A DNA stretch of 32,000 nt from Alkanindiges illinoisensis DSM 15370 (GTDB lineage Bacteria > Pseudomonadota > Gammaproteobacteria > Pseudomonadales > Moraxellaceae). The position numbers were made by a program, and so were the translations under genes. Below, piece by piece: positions 11,617 to 18,475 of the stretch. The notes below the pieces were generated by a model. It saw only the letters and a program-made list of their open reading frames with translations, had not been told where the DNA came from and searched no databases. The stretch's first letter is position 1, and each line of letters begins with the position of its first letter. The stretch is from NCBI RefSeq assembly GCF_000619845.1, contig NZ_JHUX01000012.1:6396-38395 (forward strand). Reading direction: 5' to 3'.

Positions 11617-11994
11617 TTAGGGCGCCGTAGCTTGAGGACTGGTTACTGGCGCATCAGTACTATTAGACATATTCATGTCAGAAGTCATGGGCGTGCCCAT
11701 ATTATTGCTAGCGTTGCCATTGCTGGAATCTGACATGCTGCCATGCATATTAGAGGACATGCTGCCCATTTGCGTACCAGAAGTGCTATTCATAGTGGAG
11801 CCCATGCCAGAATTCATCCCGCTGGAAGGCATCATCTGGCTATCACTGCCACGCATGTTGGTTTGTAAGGTGGTTAGGGGAATGCTGTTGACAGTAGTGC
11901 CTTTGGGCGGGGTTGGCTCAGCCAGTGCCAGCATTGGGGTACAAAGCGCAGCAGTAAGGGTGGTTAACGTGGCAAGTTGTTTTAAGCTTTTCAT
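11617..11994 (-). CDS. Exported Met/Ser/Asn/Gly-rich low-complexity protein, function unknown
   Basis: Signal peptide MKSLKQLATLTTLTAALCTPMLALA|EP. GGAGAG lies 5 nt upstream of the ATG. By my count the 100-residue mature part has 14 Met, in runs such as SQMMPSSGMNSGMGSTMNS. The plus-strand ORF 11675..12025 is its shadow. Confidence 0.7.
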   Translation of the reverse strand: MKSLKQLATLTTLTAALCTPMLALAEPTPPKGTTVNSIPLTTLQTNMRGSDSQMMPSSGMNSGMGSTMNSTSGTQMGSMSSNMHGSMSDSSNGNASNNMGTPMTSDMNMSNSTDAPVTSPQATAP

Positions 11995-12450
11995 TCAATC
12001 TCTCCAATCTGTTCTCATGGAATAGGTATAGTCAAAGTGCAGCTTTAGAACGCTGTATCTTTATTTACCCAGTCTCTATGACGTAAAATTATTAAGGTAC
12101 AGACCAGTGATGCTTAAAAGCGCTAACAGATTCAAATCTTGCATAAAATCTGGCCTGACACTGGACAACAGCTTTAATACTAATTTGTTTTTCTAAAATA
12201 AATATAAAGGAAGCGTATGTTATGTAAGTGCTCATGCAACTTCGCATAGGGTTTATGTTTCAATGCTTTGAGCAGTGTTGCAATGATCGTGGACTGATGG
12301 ACTCGTGTTAAACACTTATATAGTAGCCAGTGACCGGGATATATATTTAATAAGAATTAAGGACAATCACAATCAAGAATAAGCCAAGCAGCATAGTGCA
12401 GGCAAAAAAATAGGCAGTTCTAACCGACTGCCCTTATTTTGCTAAATAAT

Positions 12451-12521
12451 GAACTGCTGTATTCCTGGCAATAATTAACGTAGGAGAGTGCAGGATTGTT
12501 AATCATGCCAAGAAGCAGTTC
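12451..12521. repeat. Hairpin element copy 1 with conserved apical core ATTAACGTAGGAGAGTGCAGGA (12474-12495)
   Basis: GAACTGCT (12451-12458) pairs with AGCAGTTC (12514-12521), TGGCA with TGCCA, and ATTAAC with GTTAAT. The roughly 18-nt loop carries the conserved core. Confidence 0.75.
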
Positions 12522-12867
12522 ATAGGGGCTATTTTATACAGATCTGTCTGGTTAAATATTAGACTATGGTAGTATTGTATGATATGTCTGTAAAAAACTT
12601 ATAAATTTTGAACTGCATCACATTTTTAAAATTTCTTGGCATAAAAATTATCTAGTTTTACGTTTGTTTTTAAAGCAATTTTTTTATTTAATAAGTTTTA
12701 GTTCATTAGAGCGTCATTTTGTGTCGTAAAGTATTAAAACTTAATTACCTGATGTCGCAAAGCTCTTATACTTTTTTACTTACGAGATAATAAAACAGGA
12801 ATGCCCCATTTTACAGTGAATTGCCAAGGCGTGCAGTGATGTGCAGTAGCTGTATGAAAAGCTGCCA

Positions 12868-12918
12868 ACAGGTTATTCATTAACGTAGGAGAGTGCAGGA
12901 ATTTAATGAATAACCTGT
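12868..12918. repeat. Hairpin element copy 2 with an identical 22-nt core (12879-12900)
   Basis: Perfect 15-16 bp stem CAGGTTATTCATTAA (12869-12883) / TTAATGAATAACCTG (12903-12917). The 19-nt loop is CGTAGGAGAGTGCAGGAAT. Orientation matches copy 1, 405 bp away. Confidence 0.8.
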
Positions 12919-12984
12919 GATAGCCGTATTAGGGTAGTTTTTACAGTGAGCCTCCTGATACGGCAGAGGAACTGTGACTAGCCC

Positions 12985-13368
12985 TTAGCGGGTTGCAGTG
13001 CCAGAAGAGTTACTGCTGCGTGAGGACTTGCTGGCTTTACTACCAGTTTTGGATTTCGTTGTATCGCTAGTATCTGTTGTTGTATTGGCGCTGTCAGTGG
13101 CACTGCCAGCCGGTGAAGCAGTGCTGGAGGCGCTGGAAGGCAGGGTAACGCTTGCACCATTTTGAGTGCTGGCGGTTGTACCAGTGGTAGTACCATCCAG
13201 GCTGCTATCTGTGCTCAGGCCAGCACTGGCACTAGGGGTAGTAACAGTAGCGCCATTACTGGCAGCAGGACTGCTGGTTGCGGTCGCAGCAAATGCAGGC
13301 AGGGTTAAGGCAGCGCTAAGTGCAGTAAGGGCAACAATACGACGGGTGAATGAATTTAATGCGAACAT
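12985..13368 (-). CDS. Exported Ser/Thr/Ala-rich low-complexity protein, function unknown
   Basis: I place the start at ATG 13368 (MFALNSFTRRIVALTALSAALTLPAFA|ATAT), with GGAG 7 nt upstream. The track's start at 13401 adds 11 residues and has no RBS. The mature part is almost entirely S/T/A/G/N/D, with a basic K/R/S tail. Confidence 0.65.
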   Translation of the reverse strand: MFALNSFTRRIVALTALSAALTLPAFAATATSSPAASNGATVTTPSASAGLSTDSSLDGTTTGTTASTQNGASVTLPSSASSTASPAGSATDSANTTTDTSDTTKSKTGSKASKSSRSSNSSGTATR

Positions 13369-13607
13369 AGAAGACTCCTGATTCATTTTAACGTGATTCA
13401 CATCACATATATTTACCTAAACAGTGAAGGATAATGCAAAATCTATCCTGAGGCTGTGGTCTAAGCTTAATCAGGTCAAAGGCTGGTTTTAAGTAACTTA
13501 CTCGTAACCTGTGTTAACTTTTGATAGGGGTTTACATGACTTTGGGTGAAAAATGTATCTGTTATTCACCTTAAAGACGCTCTCTTTGTAAAAAAACTGG
13601 AATTTTT

Positions 13608-14624
13608 ATGCGATATCTCTCCTCCATTCAAAAAAAAATGCATTTGGTGCTCATGCTTGGATTTTTTTTGCTTGGATTTATACAGTTGGCTAGTGCCCAG
13701 GATTTTGCTGCTTGCCGCGACCAGTTTTACCGGGGCAGTACACCGGAACTTGAAAAAACTGCCCTAAAGCGTGCCAGTTATCCTTTATGTTTCAACGGGT
13801 TTGCTGTGCTGTATTCCGGGGTGTCCTATACCCCCTTGTGGTCTGCTGAGTACTTGACGCCACAGCGCTTGAAGCAGGCCAAAACCTTAAACCGCAAGAA
13901 TGATTTTCATGAAGAAGAGCGGGTTCCGGATCGTTACCGTTCTTATCTATCGGATTATGCCCGTTCAGGCTATGACCGCGGCCATATGTCGCCCAATGGT
14001 GATATGGCTACCCGTGCCCAGCAGCATGACAGTTTTTCGCTGGCCAACATGGTGCCGCAAAGCCCCAAGAACAATCAGGAGGTCTGGCGTAATCTGGAAG
14101 AAGCAACCCGGGCACTGGTCAGCAAACAGCAAAAGTCAGCTTATGTGGTGACCGGGCCTGCATTTTTGAGCGGTGAGCTAAAACAGGTAGGTCGTGTACT
14201 GGTGCCCACGCATGTGTATAAGATGGTGTATTTTCCTGACCTTGGAATTGCCAGCGCCTATTTTGCACCCAACAATGAAAGTGGTGAAGTGAATGTGGTG
14301 TCTGTACAAGAGCTTGAAGAGACAGTGGGCATTAATTTAGTGCCAGAAATGCCAGCAAGAATTAAGGTCAAGCGGATCATGTTGCCATTAAACGCCCAGC
14401 AAGCTGGCAAGAGTATTCAAAGCTGGGCCAACGGAACTAGCACTGGGCATACGAAATCCAGCGATGACGCAGGTACGTCCTATGATGGCTATTCAAATCA
14501 TGGCAGCGCTGGCCACAGTACCAGCCATAAAAATAGTGAGCACTCTTGGATTAGTGCCATTATTGACATGATCAAACAGCAGTTGCTGGATTTGCTGGCG
14601 TCCTTATTGCGTGGTAAAGGTTAA
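13608..14624 (+). CDS. Exported DNA/RNA non-specific endonuclease (Serratia NucA/EndoG beta-beta-alpha-Me family) with a C-terminal extension
   Basis: Catalytic DRGHMSPNGD motif and a downstream N..PQ...N...W..LE pattern (SLANMVPQSPKNNQEVWRNLEE). Signal peptide MRYLSSIQKKMHLVLMLGFFLLGFIQLASA|QD. ATG 13638 is an alternative start. Confidence 0.88.
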   Translation: MRYLSSIQKKMHLVLMLGFFLLGFIQLASAQDFAACRDQFYRGSTPELEKTALKRASYPLCFNGFAVLYSGVSYTPLWSAEYLTPQRLKQAKTLNRKNDFHEEERVPDRYRSYLSDYARSGYDRGHMSPNGDMATRAQQHDSFSLANMVPQSPKNNQEVWRNLEEATRALVSKQQKSAYVVTGPAFLSGELKQVGRVLVPTHVYKMVYFPDLGIASAYFAPNNESGEVNVVSVQELEETVGINLVPEMPARIKVKRIMLPLNAQQAGKSIQSWANGTSTGHTKSSDDAGTSYDGYSNHGSAGHSTSHKNSEHSWISAIIDMIKQQLLDLLASLLRGKG

Positions 14625-14685
14625 AAGTTGCGTGGCAAGGGCTAAAACCAAATATATTTTTAATTAACTCAATTCAGGAGTGCAT

Positions 14686-14940
14686 ATGAGCTTTCAGGCC
14701 TTTAAAGACAACAGTGCCAGTATGGATATTGGCGGCTTAACCCTTGAGAATAATGAAGAACGGGTAAGCATTTATGGTAGCCTGAATATTGGGCGTGACC
14801 AGCAGGGCTTGCAGCAGGCCAGACAGTTACAAGGCATTTTAGCTGATATGGTCAGCTATCTGGAGCAGCAGGACTTGCCGGCTCAGATTGAAGCTTTTAC
14901 CCCAAAAGCGGCCAAAAACCCATTTCTGGATAATGAATAG
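14686..14940 (+). CDS. Small acidic cytoplasmic protein, unknown function (candidate nuclease inhibitor by position only)
   Basis: 84 codons. ATG 14686 has GGAG 7 nt upstream; the track starts at GTG 14680. No signal peptide and a net negative charge. It lies 61 nt after the nuclease stop, and its own stop is 1 nt before the ychJ start. Confidence 0.6.
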   Translation: MSFQAFKDNSASMDIGGLTLENNEERVSIYGSLNIGRDQQGLQQARQLQGILADMVSYLEQQDLPAQIEAFTPKAAKNPFLDNE

Positions 14941-14941
14941 C

Positions 14942-15415
14942 ATGTTGATGTGCCCTTGTGGTTTATCCCGACCCTATAGCCAGTGTTGTGAGCCTTTGCA
15001 CACGCAGCGTCTGATAGCAGATTCGGCTGAGCAACTGATGCGCTCGCGTTATGCAGCCTTTGTGATGGGTGAGATTGACTATATTGTGCAAACCACAGTG
15101 CCAGCCCAGCAACACTTGCTGGATGTTAAGGCCATCACCGTATGGAGCCAGCAAAATCAGTGGCTGGGCTTGACCATTGTTTCCAGCCAGCCTGCAATCA
15201 AGCCGCAGCATGCCAAGGTTGAGTTTATTGCACGTTTTCAGGATCAGCAGGGTGAACAACAGCACCATGAACTCTCCAGCTTTGTGCAAGCTGGCTCGCG
15301 CTGGTATTTTCTTGATCCAACTGTGCAGCCCATGCCTGCCTTAAAATCTGTCTGCTTGTGTGGCAGTGGGCAAAAATTCAAACGCTGCTGTGCACCCTTT
15401 TTAGGCCTAACCTAA
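14942..15415 (+). CDS. ychJ: YchJ family (UPF0225) protein with SEC-C metal-binding motifs at both ends
   Basis: N-terminal CPCG...YSQCC and C-terminal CLCGSGQKFKRCC motifs flank an NTF2-like core. I chose the start giving MLMCPCG; the track's 14888 start overlaps the upstream gene. Confidence 0.85.
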   Translation: MLMCPCGLSRPYSQCCEPLHTQRLIADSAEQLMRSRYAAFVMGEIDYIVQTTVPAQQHLLDVKAITVWSQQNQWLGLTIVSSQPAIKPQHAKVEFIARFQDQQGEQQHHELSSFVQAGSRWYFLDPTVQPMPALKSVCLCGSGQKFKRCCAPFLGLT

Positions 15416-15548
15416 TAAGAAATAAATTTTGGCTTAATTTGCTTAAGCTAAGTGTGCATGGATTTGCTCTGGGCTGCCCTTGCTATAGATTTACCGTGCG
15501 GTAGAATGGCCGCTTTTAATGAACTGCTCACTGCGCTGAGAGCCTGTC

Positions 15549-16166
15549 ATGCTGCTAACCATCATTTATATTATTGCCATTACGGCTGAAGCCATGACTG
15601 GGGCGCTGTCAGCTGGGCGGCGCAGCATGGACTGGTTTGGTGTGGTGCTAATTGCCTGCGTCACGGCATTGGGCGGTGGCTCGGTGCGTGATGTGTTGCT
15701 GGGGCATTATCCGCTCACGTGGGTCAAGCACCCGGAGTATCTGGTTCTCACAGCGCTGGCGGCACTGTTTACCATTCTAGTGGCCAAATGGATGAAGCAC
15801 TTACGTAACCTGTTTTTGGCACTGGACGCCTTGGGCCTGATTTGTTTTACCTTGATTGGCTGTCAGGTGGCGCTACAAATGCAGCACAGCTATGTAATTG
15901 CAGCCGTGAGCGGGGTTATTACCGGGGTGTTTGGCGGTATTTTGCGCGATACCTTATGTAATGATGTGCCACTGGTGTTCCGGCGTGAATTGTATGCCAG
16001 TGTGTCCTTTGTTAGTGCTTGGTGCTATTTGCTGTGTATTGAGTTGCATGTGCAGGCTGATATTAGTCTGATCATTACCCTGATTTTTGGCTTTGTGTTT
16101 CGGATGCTGGCCATTCGCAATCACTGGGAAATGCCCAAGTTTATTTATCATGATGAGGCTGGATAA
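15549..16166 (+). CDS. Trimeric intracellular cation channel-like / UPF0126 (YadS/YicG) family membrane protein
   Basis: 205 aa with two internal repeats, each carrying the glycine-rich motif (ALGGGSVRDVLLG and GVFGGILRDTLCN), and about 7 TM segments. Confidence 0.85.
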   Translation: MLLTIIYIIAITAEAMTGALSAGRRSMDWFGVVLIACVTALGGGSVRDVLLGHYPLTWVKHPEYLVLTALAALFTILVAKWMKHLRNLFLALDALGLICFTLIGCQVALQMQHSYVIAAVSGVITGVFGGILRDTLCNDVPLVFRRELYASVSFVSAWCYLLCIELHVQADISLIITLIFGFVFRMLAIRNHWEMPKFIYHDEAG

Positions 16167-16364
16167 AGCGAAACACTGTTTCGCCCAGCCGCAAGACGAA
16201 AAGCTGTGCTTTGAGTGGGCACGGATAAAGCAAAGCATCGCTTTAAAGCTTTGCCCTAAGGGGCACTGCCCCGCAAGAGATGAAGAATATATTCTGCAAG
16301 TATTATTTTTCTGGCCAGATAAAGCAAACTTAAGTAATGCTTTAAAGCTTTTATCAGGTCTGAA

Positions 16365-16393
16365 TTGACCTTGGCTATAAATGTTTATATGCT
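16365..16393 (+). promoter_or_regulatory. Candidate sigma70 promoter of the czc cluster
   Basis: TTGACC (16365-16370), a 17-nt spacer, then TATGCT (16388-16393). The predicted transcription start falls at or next to the czcI-like ATG at 16400, and there is no Shine-Dalgarno sequence. Confidence 0.35.
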
Positions 16394-16399
16394 CGGCCC

Positions 16400-16852
16400 A
16401 TGAAAGTTTTTATTGTTGTGCTGATGGCAATATTGCTGCCCCTGCAAGCCGCATGGAGTGCAGCCGCTGTGTTTTGCCAGCATGAAAGTCGCACAACATG
16501 GCATTGGGGGCACCATCAACACAGTGTTGATGCCGCCTGCCAGCAAAGCAGCTTCAAGCACAGTGTGGATAATAAAAGCAGTAATGGCAAAGATAGTTCA
16601 GCGATAAGCAAATTATTTGTCCAGCAAAACCAGAATCCTGATCTAAAAAAAAACACCAGTCCGCATACGTTTACACTGGTCAACCATAGTGACCATCTCA
16701 CAGTAAACCAGCCCGGGCTAAATCCAAGCCCTCAAGTGGGATTAGTACAGCCAGCCATGCAGGAACATCAGGCTGTACGACTTTCTTTAAGCCCTGCCTT
16801 ATACCAGTCGCCTGTGCTGGAACCGCCCAAACCCCCTTTATGGCCTGCCTGA
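16400..16852 (+). CDS. czcI: CzcI-like small exported protein preceding the HME-RND genes
   Basis: N-terminus MKVFIVVLMAILLPLQAAWSAAAVFCQHE matches the pattern I recall for CzcI-type proteins (LLPLQ..WAA...YCQHE). It sits immediately upstream of czcCBA. It is His-rich near the N-terminus and low-complexity afterwards. Confidence 0.65.
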   Translation: MKVFIVVLMAILLPLQAAWSAAAVFCQHESRTTWHWGHHQHSVDAACQQSSFKHSVDNKSSNGKDSSAISKLFVQQNQNPDLKKNTSPHTFTLVNHSDHLTVNQPGLNPSPQVGLVQPAMQEHQAVRLSLSPALYQSPVLEPPKPPLWPA

Positions 16853-16964
16853 CTATAGGTGGGGTAGTCCTTTTCTATTGCGTCATGCGCCTTGCAGGTT
16901 AATACCATAGCCCACAGGTGCCATGAATTTTGCCCACCGCTTTACTTTGGTTTAGGCAATTTTC

Positions 16965-18473
16965 ATGGAATTTTTATACAAATATCAACCAACTGGGTTG
17001 TCTCGTGCAATCGGCACGCTGCTTGTTGCAGGCAGTGTTGTAATGGGCAGCCATGCAGCGCCCACAGCTCAGCTTGCTATCCTTGATCATACAGTTGATT
17101 TTTCAAGCTTTGATCCAGCACGCAGTACACCAGCTTTAAACAGTCAAACTGTAAACCGCCCTTCTTCCAACAATCAGGGCTTAAGCCTGCAACAGGCACA
17201 GGATTTGGCATTGCAATCCCAGCCATTACAGCAGTTGTGGCAGCAACGTCGCTACATTGCCGAGGCAAATGTCCTGCAAAGTAATCAGTGGCGGAATCCA
17301 CAACTGCTGCTTGAGCAAACCGGTTTTAAAAACACGCAGGAACGCGAGGCGAGTATTGCCCTTGCACAGCAACTGGATATTTTTGGGGAACGCAAAACCC
17401 GCCAGCAACTGGCAGGCCTGCAACTGGAGCAGGATAATATTAGCCGGATAACTGAGGAGGCTGAACTCAGGCTGGCTGTTGCCATAGCCTATTGGCAGTT
17501 GGCACAAGCCGAGTGGACGCTAGAGCTGGCCAGTACCCAGCAGCAGTTAAGCCTGCAAGGTTTGATGGTGGCCAAAAAGCGCCTGCAAGCCGGACGCATT
17601 GCCGAAGTGGATTATCAGCGGATACACATTGCCCATCAGAATCAGGAACGCCAGTGGCAGGCTGCGCAAGCCCAGTGTACTTTGGCGCGCCAGCAGCTTG
17701 GCCAATTTTGGGTAAATTCTGTAATGGCGCCAGTCCTAGGGAATATTCACACTGCTCAGCCCTTGCAGCTACCTACGCTTGAACTCGATAAGCTGCAAGC
17801 CAGCCTTGCGCAAAGTCCATTATGGCAGCGGCTTGGTTTACAACAACAGCAAGCCAGCACCAGCCTGAAACTGGCCAAAATTCAGGCCAGGCCTCAACCT
17901 ACTGTTAGTGTGGGCTATGTGCAAACCCGTGAGCCAGCCACGCAGGACAATTCAAACCAGCAGCGGCTTGCACTGGGTTTGTCAATTCCCTTGCCGCTAT
18001 TTCAGCAGAATCAGGGTGTCATCCAGGTTCAACAACAAGTGCAGCAGGTGAACCAGTTGCAGGCCAATGTGCAGCAACAGCACATTCAGCAGAAAATCCA
18101 GCAACAGTGGCAGGCGCTACAAGCCATTCGCCAGCAGTATGAGATTGTGCACAACCAGCAATTGCCACTGTCACAGCAGGTTCAGCAAAAAACCTTAACC
18201 GGCTTTGAGGTGGGCAAGTTTTCAGTGCTGGAGGTGCAGCAGGCCAGCCGCGATTACCAGCAATTACAGGTAGAGCAACTGGATTTATTGCGTCAGGCGT
18301 GGCAGTTGAGTTTTCAGTTGCAGGCACTGAGTCTGGGCTTGGCTGATTTTGAGCTCAGCCGTTTTGAGCTAAATAACGAAAACTTTATCAATGATTTTAA
18401 TCAGCAAATCAGTCAGTCGGCAGTAAATCTGGCGACTGATGCAATGGCTGGCCTCGGGATGAACGGAGAATAA
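16965..18473 (+). CDS. czcC: Outer membrane factor (TolC family) of the heavy-metal RND system
   Basis: Signal-like N-terminus. OMF-type N-terminal pattern (LSLQQAQDLALQSQPLQQ...ANVLQSNQWRNPQL). Two-repeat coiled architecture. Its stop is 2 nt before czcB. It is unusually Gln-rich. Confidence 0.85.
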   Translation: MEFLYKYQPTGLSRAIGTLLVAGSVVMGSHAAPTAQLAILDHTVDFSSFDPARSTPALNSQTVNRPSSNNQGLSLQQAQDLALQSQPLQQLWQQRRYIAEANVLQSNQWRNPQLLLEQTGFKNTQEREASIALAQQLDIFGERKTRQQLAGLQLEQDNISRITEEAELRLAVAIAYWQLAQAEWTLELASTQQQLSLQGLMVAKKRLQAGRIAEVDYQRIHIAHQNQERQWQAAQAQCTLARQQLGQFWVNSVMAPVLGNIHTAQPLQLPTLELDKLQASLAQSPLWQRLGLQQQQASTSLKLAKIQARPQPTVSVGYVQTREPATQDNSNQQRLALGLSIPLPLFQQNQGVIQVQQQVQQVNQLQANVQQQHIQQKIQQQWQALQAIRQQYEIVHNQQLPLSQQVQQKTLTGFEVGKFSVLEVQQASRDYQQLQVEQLDLLRQAWQLSFQLQALSLGLADFELSRFELNNENFINDFNQQISQSAVNLATDAMAGLGMNGE

Positions 18474-18475
18474 CA

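Noticed and set aside
12217-12249. Mini-ORF MLCKCSCNFA with AAGGAA 4-5 nt upstream (possible Cys-rich leader or micropeptide)
   Set aside because: A 10-codon ORF with an SD-like purine run is expected by chance in 950 bp of AT-rich DNA. There is no downstream gene on that strand for 1.3 kb, and nothing in the sequence alone supports it.
12451-12918. Hairpin pair interpreted as integron attC sites or a cassette
   Set aside because: In attC sites the conserved parts are the outer R''/R' core sites (RYYYAAC/GTTRRRY) and the centre is variable. Here the centre is conserved and the ends vary, the flanking heptamers do not fit, and there is no intI or cassette ORF.
12030-12980. CsrB/Rsm-type GGA-motif sponge RNA
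   Set aside because: I found only about ten GGA triplets in ~950 bp, roughly the chance expectation for this composition. Only the two conserved loops present GGA in hairpin loops.
11675-13381. Plus-strand ORFs 11675..12025 and 13166..13381, and minus-strand ORF 12978..13196
   Set aside because: These are mirror or alternative frames of the two low-complexity genes. The chosen minus-strand frames have signal peptides and GGAG ribosome-binding sites; these ORFs have neither.
16087-16368. ORF 16087..16368 (or its 72-codon version from ATG 16150) overlapping the TRIC gene end
   Set aside because: It has no RBS and overlaps the upstream gene. Its apparent internal amino-acid repeats coincide exactly with palindromic DNA repeats, which fits non-coding regulatory DNA better. 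Translation is not fully excluded.
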